NCBI GenBank assembly: GCA_964036045.1 | Contig: OZ038379.1 | Coordinates: 69,564,001 to 69,628,000 of the forward strand | Length of the DNA stretch: 64,000 nt | Reading direction: 5' to 3' | Source: Eutreptiella sp. 'Long Island Sound 2002' | Lineage: Eukaryota; Protista; Euglenida | In this document: piece by piece, positions 12,305 to 21,983 of the stretch | Position numbering within the stretch: position 1 is the first letter of the stretch | How the letters are laid out: each line of letters begins with the position of its first letter | Notes under the pieces: generated by a model | Told to the model about the DNA's origin: nothing | Seen by the model: only the letters and a program-made list of their open reading frames with translations | Databases searched by the model: none | Program-made: the position numbers and the translations under genes

Positions 12305-12715
12305 GGACTCGGCCAATATAACATAGTTTCACATGGTGTCATTGGCACTAGACACAAAATCAGGCCGAAGAAAAGAGTCCTGACAGGGCCATGGCCAACA
12401 TCTAGTGTGCTAGCACTGGGAACAAAATCAGGCTCAAGAAAAAGAGTCCTGACGGGGCCATGGCCAACGGTAGTGCCACCATTATAGGCCATCAAGGCAG
12501 CGGCATGGGGCCAATATGGCATAGTTCCACAGGGTGTCATGGGCACGAGACAGAAAATCAGGCTCATACCAATGCCTTGGTGGCCTATAATGGTGGCACT
12601 AGCGTTGGCCATGGCCCTGTCAAGACTCTTTTTCTTGAGCCTGTTTTTGTTTCCAGTGCTGGCACACTGGATGTTGGCCATGGCCTTGTCAGGACTCTTT
12701 TCTTGGGGCCAATAT
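12305..12715. repeat. Fold-back repeat block (AAAAGAGTCCTGACAGGGCCATGGCCAAC units, direct then inverted)
   Basis: Direct units at 12305-12600 and reverse-complement units at 12600-12715 (GTTGGCCATGGCCCTGTCAAGACTCTTTT). Lies just 3' of the SAP-like ORF. Confidence 0.75.
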
Positions 12716-13006
12716 AATAGCAATCTTATACGCTCCACCATTGGTACACCACACGGGCGGAGGAAAATACAGCCCACAAAACATGCACCTGCTACAAGTA
12801 GTTGAGAATGCACGCTTGTAGATGAAGTCCGTTTTTGTGTCGCTGGACTTGGGCTTTGCACCAGGATTGGGGTTAAACCGAAAAGCGGCGCGCAACTCTG
12901 CTACTAGCTGCTTGGACAGGTAGGTCATTGACGAAAAGCAAGTCACGCTCCAGCTGGCCAAATGCATCTGCTGGGTAGCCATCCGGCACCTTGCGCCACT
13001 CACCAC
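12689..13006 (-). pseudogene. SAP-like C-terminal segment of the MULE-like accessory ORF
   Basis: LSKQLVAELRAAFRFNPNPGAKPKSSDTKTDFIYKRAF is homologous to the end of ORF 4127-4678. Confidence 0.45.
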
Positions 13007-13766
13007 AGCTGAGGACCTTGGGACGGGTGTCCTCCTCTATGGGAAGGTTGCGGCCTAGCCTCCGGGCTTCCCACGCTCTACTCGGCGGAGGCCTCCTTGC
13101 CTTCGAGTGGGGTGGGGGTGGCCTGAACACTCTCCTCGGTAGCCGAAAGTGCACCTTCAACTTGAGTGCGGGGGGGGGGGGGGGGGACTCAGGAGGGCCG
13201 GGAAGCTCGGTCACACCCTCCACATCATCACCGGGCACTTCGACGACCCGCACAGCACGATCAGCATCAACAATGCTGAGCACATAGTCCACAAAACCGG
13301 GACCCATTGGGACGAGGGGCACATCGGAAAAAGTACGCCGGTGCCCCACCATCGGCTTCGCGATGTACAAGCTTTGTAAACCACAACACCAACCGTCCGT
13401 TTGGAATCCCAAGGCGCGGTGCTTGGTGGTTAGCGAAAGCTTCCTCATGGCCATCAAGAAAGGACGGTTCAAATGAGTGGAGCTTAGGGGTTCCCAAACC
13501 CAAATAGTGAAAAGCTCCAACCGGACACGACAATTGAAGGCACACACAAACCAGTGCAACCCTTCCTTGTCATTGGAATTAACCACAAAATTGTGGCGAC
13601 GGCACCAAGCCATGTTGTCCAGTCTTGTGCCGGATTCAACTCTGTGCATGCACCTGGACAGTCTCTTGATATATAGAACCGCCACAGTCCACGCACGTGG
13701 TTCATCGATTGCATTGTGGCAGACCTCTTGGTCAACCAACATATGATATCCTTGCCTCTCAACCAA
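12873..13766 (-). pseudogene. Ulp1-like (C48) SUMO/ubiquitin-like protease domain, transposon-borne
   Basis: Catalytic motifs in order: GLHWFVCAF (His), IWVWEPL (acidic), GFQTDGWCCGL (oxyanion Gln and catalytic Cys). Confidence 0.8.
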
Positions 13767-14887
13767 TCTCCCACCCCCAAAAGGGGTTGTCTCGCTCGGA
13801 ATGGTGCTTCGAGTACGCCCTTTGGAAGTGGGTCGACAGGGGGTGCACTTGGCAAGGCCTTCTTTCCCTTAACCTTCGAGGGGGGGCACTTGGCAAGGCC
13901 ATCTTTCCCTTCACCTTCGGGGGGGCACTTGGCAAGGCCTTCATTCCCTTCACCTTCTTCTGTGGCACAGGGGCCGCAAGGGGAGGCGCAAAGAGGTCCA
14001 CCTCCGAATCAGATGACTGGACCTCTTTTTTCTTCACCTCCTTACCTGGCGGAGAGGCCAAAAGAGGATTAGAAATGACGTCCAACTCCTCATCACCGGA
14101 CACGGGTTCGTTGGGGAGGGTGGCGGTCAAAACCTCCTCAATCTCTACCTCCTGACACGACTTTTGAAAGAGCCACTTGTCCGTGTTGGGGTGGGCCCTT
14201 CCACAAACTGGACACTCCAAAGTGTGTAGGCAAAAGCCACACACCTCACAATGCATGCACCACAAGTACACGGTCTTGCGACATTGGCCACACATATAAG
14301 GTGGCCGAAAGAGATTAAGGCAATGCCAGTTTCTCCGATGCACCTCCATGGGTGCAGCAACAATAGTAGACGTAGACTCATCATCGCTGGGTGGGTTCAA
14401 AGCAAGCGTGGAGACGAGAGCGTCGATATTGGTATCACTAACGGCCACCACCTTCTTGCGGCTTTTTGCAAGTGCCTTTTTTTTGGAATGCAAGTTTTTG
14501 TGACTGGCGGGTGCAAACCTTTCTTGATGGCTCCGAACGTGCAGTCACCTTGCGCTCAATACGGCCCAGCTTAAAAGGGCGTTGGGCGACAATCTCCCAA
14601 GAGTATTGAGAGGGTACCTTAAAATTCGATTCTTCTACGAGGAGCCACGGCAACACACCCTCACACATTGTGAACGTGCAATAGTTTGCACAAGTACAAC
14701 CATCCGCTGTCACGCGGTGGATGCGGAGAAAGGCTACACATACCTCCCACATAATCGAGGTCCCTTCCTCCATCTTACGCAACGTGGCTTTCCATTCGGC
14801 CACGGCAGCACCATCAATGGGCAAATACTCCTTAATGGGTTGTCCGTTCAAGCCTCGTTTTTTTAGGAATCCCCTTGGTAAAAACAC
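13759..14887 (-). pseudogene. MULE-like transposase C-terminus: SWIM finger (CTCANYCTFTMC) followed by a Cys-rich finger (CGQC..CMHC..CGFC..CPVC)
   Basis: ORFs 14438-14887 and 13759-14493 lie immediately upstream of the Ulp1 ORF on the same strand. SWIM followed by Ulp1 is typical of Mutator-like elements. Confidence 0.6.
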
Positions 14888-14968
14888 AAGGCATCACCAT
14901 CATTGAAAAATGCATTTGCCATATGCAGCGCTTGGCTCTCCTGCCACATCTACGGCTCATGTTGAGGG

Positions 14969-16388
14969 GCAGCTTAGGCCATTCCAAGAGTAAGTGGGCT
15001 TTGCCCATCGCTATACTACACTCACGTAACCTTCCTAGATCTGCCCCGGACAGCCAAGATGTCCGCCATGCATATATACACATCTTGGCAAAATTGTCCC
15101 ACCACTGCCTACAAACATCCCCCCATGGTCTCCCCCCCACCCGCTTGTTGTTCATTCCCCCCTCTTCAAGGCACACGGCAATGAGTGTCTCCCACCTCCG
15201 GGTGCGCATGAATTGCACAGCCGCAGCACACTCCAACCTAACCTTGCCCTTCGCGTTGGCGCCGTCATTGCCCTTTGCCATCCTACCCTTTGCTACCGTC
15301 TTGGCCGTCTAGGATAGGTTGGAAAAAATTGCGGACAACGAACGCCGCGGACTTGCCAGTGGCAGCCGACACCGCATCCCTCATGCCGGAAATACCACAA
15401 ATAGTTACTCGCAGCACCCTGTGCAACCCGTAGTCGGGAATGCGACGTTTGGCTGGGATGTGTCTATATTTGGCACCCATGGGGAGCACAACCTCCCACC
15501 ACCCGTCAATGGTGGCTTCCAAGCCGAAGGTGGCAAGGCAGTCCCTATTGCGGCCGCAAACCCAACACACGATGGCTTGTGAAGCCTCGGCTTTAAAATT
15601 TTTACAATTGGGCATTAAAATTTGTGCCTTGCCATCGGCACAGAAGAAGAAAAGTGTTTCCCGGCCAGCACCGGAAGTATCTTGGAAGACAACCTTACTA
15701 GCATCCCACAATTGTTGGTCGAAGTCAACCTCTTAAGCAGCCACGTACAAGGTCGCCCACTCCTCACTACCGCCCAGTGGCCACCAGCTTGCTAGTTGAT
15801 CGGGGCTACTGGTTCCCCTGAGGGTGCAATGCACGTACGAAGCCTCATGCCACGACGTGCCGTCCACTGCTAGTGGCATCCAATGCAGCCTTGGGATTGC
15901 GCGGTTGTTGGACGTGGGCAGGTTCAACAAGTCAGCAATGGTACAGGTGTTGCAACCGAGCCGGTAATGGGCAGAAGGCTCCGTATAGCTCCATGTCATC
16001 CCCCGTCTTGGCTACAAACCCCTCCGATGCGGGCTGCGCAAGCTGCTGCATGGTGACCCACCCGTCCTCCCGGGGTAACCCCTCCACTAGAAGGGGAGTG
16101 AGGTACTGCGCCTCTGTCCTAGACAGGTGCAGCGACCGGATGCGCCACACCGCGGCGACGGTCTTCTCCCACATGGATGGTGCGGTGGGCAGAGCACCAC
16201 TCCCCCCCCCCCGGTCTACCGGTGTGAGGACGATCTGGCCCGTGTCCGGGAGGTGCTTCACCAGATACTCGGCTCCTAGTTCCCCCGAGACAACGTCGTG
16301 CAATGTCCTCAAGCGGCGGGCCCGGTGCTGCCTGGACCTGATATGGGCAAAAGGCCTTCTTCCCCTTGTCGCCACTCCCACGTCCCAT
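14969..16388 (-). pseudogene. Family A RAG1/Transib-like DDE transposase, copy 1 (3'-truncated, frameshifted)
   Basis: D1 PLAVDGT (~15863), D2 FCADGK (~15635), CWVC, PDYGLHRVLR. Collinear with copy 2 until TGGCCTAAGCTGC at 14969. Confidence 0.7.
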
Positions 16389-16710
16389 GACAAAAAACAC
16401 TGACAATAGGCAATAGGAAATGCATGTCAATTTGCAATGTCGAGAAAGTCAGACAAAGTCAGAGGGCACCCCATTGGCAAACACCGCACAACAAAAATTT
16501 TGTACAAGCACCCCATGCGTTGGGAACCAGCATTAAACACAAATACTGTATAACTTCGCGCAAAGATCGTGCGAAGTTCACATAAACCCCAGGACAGGCT
16601 CAGTTGTTCGCGCGTTTGCACGAAATCGCGCGAAATTCGCGACACGATCAGGACAGTGGTCGGCCCTGTTGTAATTTACAATGGTTAAAAAGGCCGTTCG
16701 CAGGGCGACA

Positions 16711-18900
16711 CTACAGGGTCGCAGTGCCTGTGGAGGTCCCAAACGCATGGGCTGCGGGGGGCTCGAAGGCCGGGTTAGTGACGCCCTCCACCAGGGCGTC
16801 CCCCGGGTACCGCCTCTCGACAACGTCATGGCTGTACAAGGCAGCTTGATACCCCGGCACCACCGACTCAGGGTCGCAACAATCCATTCTCCAATGCCCT
16901 CCACGCAGCCGGTATGCGTAGAGGGCAATAATCGTCTCCCCCTGCTCCCACCCTCCCCCTAGGGTTGGGGAACGTGATGGCATAGGGGAATAAATTTTTA
17001 GGGGCGGCTCCCGCGGCCCATCCTGCGTCTCCACCTCGACCTCCCAAGTCGTCGCCACGAACTCCTCCCTTGCCCGCTTCCGTCCCGGGAGGTCCAGCTT
17101 CCATGCGAACGGGGGCTGGGACCGCAGCATGGAGAGGGAGGTGATTGGGGGGAGGTCGGCGGGGTAGGCCGTGGCCCCCGTCCCCGCCACGGGGTCTGCG
17201 ACGACCATGGGGTCTGGGGCGGTGGGTGCAGGGGGGGCTGCGGGAATGGCCGCCGGGGCGTCTGCGGGAGTGGCTGCGGGGGTGGCGCCGGCCCAACTCG
17301 ACGGCACGTTGAAGGTCACGTGGCCCAACTGTGCAGGAGCAACGGTGTGCCCGGCCGGGCGGAATCGCTTGTGGGCGTGCATGGCCGCACGGGAATCGGG
17401 CAGCCATCAATGCCATTGCTCCTGAGAATGACAAATGGAATAGTGTAACTATTCATGCGGATTTTGTGCGAACCGCGTGATATTCGCGCGAAATTCGTGA
17501 ATCTGCATGCCCGAACGAATCTGAAGCATTTGCGAATGTGCAGCACAGTGTCTTGAAGTTTGCGCGAACTTCGCGTGAATACGGGGTACAAGAAGACAAT
17601 GCATACCTCACATTCACACAGGCAGGTCACTACCCACGTCCCTTTCTTGGACTCCTTTGCCCGCTTCCACTCCGGCACAGCGTGGAGCAGCTGCCAGGCG
17701 AGGGCCGGGCGCATGGGGGGCAGTGTAGCCCCAAGTGCCCACGTCACCTCCACGTCCCCGTCCGTCGAATCCCCCTTCACGACCTCCATCTCGTACGCCC
17801 CATTCCACATCAAGATTTCCTCCGCGTGCACGATGACGGGGGAGATGTCATGGGCGGAGCAGCTCAGGAACAGGGGGTGGTGTGTGCACACGGGGGGGCC
17901 TGGCTCCACCTCGGGGGGGGCTGAAGACGTCGTCCACCATGTCCGGGGTGGCTAGCCCCACCCGAGCCTCCAATCCAATCGAATCCAATTGGGGGGGTGG
18001 GGGGGGGGGGTTGAAAACATCATCCCGAAGGTCCGCCATGGCCAGCCCCAAATGGGCCTCCAACCCCCCCCGACAAAAAGGAGTTGGCTTTACGTGGAGA
18101 GCTCTTGCTGCTCAAGGGTCCCCAAAAATTTCTTGAGCAACGGGTCAATGGGGGGGTCGAGGTGGGTGGTTTTAGGCAGCACGTCCACATGCTTTTTGTT
18201 AGGGGTCCACTGTGTGATCAGGGCCCCTTGCATGTCTTGACCGTCGAAGGGTGGAAAACCATGGTGGCGGGCGGTGCTAACCATGACGAGAACCACCCCT
18301 TGGTTAAGGAGGACTTCATCCCACCTCTCCACCTGGGCCATGCATGGCTCATGATGCGCTCCCATGCGCACGGGGAGAGCCAGGTGCACTCGCGGGTGGT
18401 AGAGGTGGGGGGGGGGGGGGCGACGACAACAAGGGGGACGCCGACGCCCGCTCGCGCAGCAGCGCGGGTACCAGAGATTCCAAGGGTAAGGAGGTGGGGC
18501 GGCCCCGCCAGACCCAAAGGACCCCCCCCCTCCCCACCGTCCCCATTGTCACCCCCTCTGCCCAAGTGGCAGATTGGCTGCGCCTAGCCCTAGTGGCAGT
18601 AGCGGGCCGTGACGGTGGCGGGGAAGGTCCTGCAGCTGCGGGGGAAGCTGCAGGATGCACCGCAGGAAGCGGAGCGGGCCCGGGGGGAGCCGCGGAGAAG
18701 GAGAGGGACCACCTTCGCGCGCGGGCAAAAGAGCTGGAGGCACACAGCCCAAAGGGGCGCCTTTGGCGCTAACGGTTGGGTATTTCCCTGGGTTTTGCTT
18801 GCAAAAAAATTGCCTAACAATTGCAACCCTAGAGGGGAGGGGATTCCGCGATTTTTTTTCTAGCAGCCACTTGCATGCAACCGTATGCCACACATTGGGG
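16711..18900 (-). pseudogene. Family A accessory gene ORF X, copy 1 (spliced; GT-AG intron 17422-17606)
   Basis: Segments homologous to 55790-58130, e.g. PPFAWKLDLPGRKRAR vs PPFAWRLKLPGRKRAR and AWQLLHAVP vs AWQLLNDAP. Removing the intron restores the frame (CECE^EQWH). Confidence 0.7.
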
Positions 18901-19539
18901 AGTATCACATTGCACGACTGGGTTTTACAAGAGTTGGTGTTCTAGCCCACTGGCTGGCGGAGCATTTTGCGTATAATTGAGCAGGTGCATGAATAACCAA
19001 ATTATGATGACACGTGCAATCTGTCATTGGAGGTATTTACGGATTCGGACCTAAAGGAGAGCCACGAAGTGTGCCGCAATGCAAGTCAATGCTGAAGATC
19101 GCGGCGACGCTTTTTTTAACACCTTGTTGCCTTAGTAGTGGACCTACTCCTAGAGTGGTGGTGCGAATAGAGCCCAGCTATGGTGTTGTTGTTAGATCGA
19201 TTTGACCGTTTGTTGTATTTCCTGGAGGGCTATTTGGAAGGCCCAAAACCTACGGAGGGGTTGCCTCACATAAGGTGCATGCATTTGGATGAACCCCATG
19301 GCTCCAGAAAGACATTTGTGTGTTTGCGATCCGTGGCCAAATTGCCGGCATATGGGATGAACAGTTGGCAATTCAAGGATACATGCGTACCTGCGGCTCA
19401 CTAGTGGCTAAGTGAAAATGTGAAGTTGAGTGAGCCCCAAATGAACCGCAAACTGAGCAATGTCATTGTGCTCTTTTTTGTGTGCCTTTTGTATGCTAGG
19501 CGATGTGCTTCTAATCTTTTTAATTGGTTTACATCTCAT

Positions 19540-19805
19540 TGGTCAAGGTTGAAGGAGGGGGGTACCTTTTTTTGGGGGTGAGCACTCACTTAGCTCTCTT
19601 AGCGCTCACTTAGCTCGCAGTGAGAGCTAAGTCAGAGCTAATGTACTATAATATTTTTAATTGGTGTACACCTTACATTGGTGAAGGTTGAAGGAGGGAG
19701 GTGCTTTTTTGGGGGGGTGAGCGCTCATCTAGCTCCCACGTAGCTCTCATTTTGCCCTCAATGATAGCTAAGTCAAAGCTAAGGTAGAGCTAACTGGGCG
19801 CTCAA
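19540..19805. repeat. ~130-bp tandem duplication rich in CTTAGCTC/GAGCTAAG inverted motifs
   Basis: GGTxAAGGTTGAAGGAGGG..GGGGTGAGCxCTCA..TAGCTC occurs at ~19542 and ~19680. Confidence 0.7.
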
Positions 19806-19959
19806 GAACGACCCCTCTCGTCAAGCCCGCTTGAAGTAAGGATTGGAATCACCTTCACATCCTAAAACCCCTGGCAATCCCCGGAAGCCACAAGTTTCGA
19901 GTTCATCCCTTTGAAAAGCACCACTTACCGCTAAATGAGCCTCAACTAAGCTTCAACTT

Positions 19960-20300
19960 CACATTTTCCAGTGAGCAGTGGATGCATGTGTTCCTGTGCA
20001 CTTTGCGCCGGTGGTGGGCGGAGTGCTGTACATGAGTTGTTTGGGTTTCTGCCGGGCGACCATATGGGCGGCCCCTCAAGCGCCATTTGCCGCAGCACTC
20101 AAAGCGTTGGGGCACAACCCAATGAAATGGAGATGGCTGCAAGATATGTTACTTTTGGTTGTTGACGAATTGGGACAATGTGGGGCTGCGTTAGTAGGTG
20201 CCATGGACCTCTTGCTTAGAAAAGTGCGTTGAAATGAGTACCCCTTTTGTGGTAGCTTTCTGCTGGCGACACTACAAGAGTTAGGAGAAGAGTTAGGGTA
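19960..20300 (+). pseudogene. PIF1-family helicase N-terminal fragment (motifs Ib-III)
   Basis: AVHELFGF (TIHSFxG-like); RWLQDMLLLVVDELGQ..MDLLLRKVR (Walker B region); NEYPFCG..GD..Q (motif III, frameshifted). Confidence 0.7.
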
Positions 20301-20394
20301 TTTCGCTTAAGTTTGGTGGAGGAGATGTGACAACGGTTTGGGCTACACTTGCTCTTGTACATGTACAAGGTAGCACACGTAGGCACCACCTTGT

Positions 20395-20433
<39 letters not shown>

Positions 20434-20889
20434 CTCGTGCACGCATTTCGCAGCAAATTATTTCCGCAACAAGATGGCACGACACGCGACATTGGCGGGC
20501 ATGAATGCCTAGATGTGCTCCGGTTTGTCCATGGACTTGGATGTTGCTGGTGGCATTTAGCTTGAGGAGGAGCCTCAAACCTTCGACTTTGAAGTTATAT
20601 ACAATCTTCCGCCACTCGGAGAAGTCACCATTCGCCCTGATGAATTCAAGGGGCAAGGCAGCAATTGGCAATCCATGCAGGCTTCCACGAGCAATTAAAG
20701 GGTGGCAAGTCACTTTGTGTCGAACCCAAAGGGAAGCTGTTTCTCATGGTACATCCAAGTGAGTTAGCTTTTAGGCTTGCGGTGTTTGCCAAGAAAAACA
20801 CCGATGGATTGCAACCACGAACATCACATGCGGCACGAGCTCCGCTTATGCATTTGGCCTTTGGCCTTTGTTGCCTAGCGGAAAACTAA

Positions 20890-21950
20890 CCATCCTACCT
20901 CAAAACTGCTGAGTACAAAAGCACGTTACCAACCACCAACAATGCGTGCGCAGCTCCCGCGATTGCGGTGTCACAATCGCCTTGCCACGTTTGATGTGCA
21001 ACCCAAATAAAGCAACTTTTTGCTTGCACATTGAATGACATACAACGCATTGGTTCCAATCGGGTGCAAAGGGGCGGTATCCTCCTTGGTGAAGGCCGTG
21101 TCCATCTCGAGTTCCAAATCCCTCTCGCTATGCCCTGTGTGAATTGGGATTGGCGAGGCCACACCTCTACCGGGGCATGCCAAGCAGTTTGGTGCTGCAA
21201 CACATGGTAGCGCTCGCTTGCGTCATAGTCTACCAAGCATATCCTTCGAAGTGTTTGTGCGCGGTTAAGCAATGTGAACGCCGTCACCCATGACCACATG
21301 GGGTGGCGGAAATCACTGTCCAAGTATGTGGCTGGGTTTTGCAAAGTCATTCCTTGTGCGTCATGGATGTTGCTTGCCACAGCCAACTCCAAGAGAAATT
21401 GCCTGCCACGCAATGGCTTTCCGTGGTAATGCATTGTTGGAGGCACCTTGCGGTGCACAACAGCACGCCATTTGTTGTCCAACTCCACAATGCGTTCATG
21501 AATGCACAAAAGACGATCCACATCCCGTATCCACATCCCATTTGCAATCAAATGCCAATTCCAATGGACATTCTGTTTCATGCTACCCCTTTTTCCACCA
21601 GTGTTGTCGCATTTGCTCACTAAAGCACATTTGCGTTCAATGTGTTGCACCACCTTGGCTGCCATTGGCGGTCTCCTAGACGTTGTCTGCAAATGCTCAT
21701 TCACGGCACGAAAGCATGCGTTGAACGTGGCGTAGGATCTTGCACAGATTGACAATGTGTTGCCACCAGGTCCAAAACCTTTGTAATTGCACCATGTGTC
21801 GCTTCATGAACATAGATCAACGTAATTACTCGTGGCAAACGAACATCATTAAAACTACGGGACGAGTGCTTCAAGGGCATAACTTCAAATTGCAACACAC
21901 CAAGGAGGATGTGAGAGGTGGCCACATTCCAGTGGGCTCCGTTTGGTAAT
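20890..21950 (-). pseudogene. PIF1-family helicase C-terminal half followed by an SLX1-type GIY-YIG nuclease
   Basis: RQFLLELAVASNIHDAQGMTL (motif V) and FTLLNRAQTL (motif VI), then after a frameshift LYVIQC..LYLGCTSNVARRL*HRNRG..GGW. Confidence 0.75.
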
Positions 21951-21983
21951 GGTCTCCTGACTAGTCAGCTCATCCGCTGCGGG

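Noticed and set aside
16711-18900. ORF X as a RAG2-like gene or AP endonuclease
   Set aside because: It is co-oriented rather than convergent, with no kelch repeats or PHD. The INNYFP motif is not followed by GDFN or other APE motifs.
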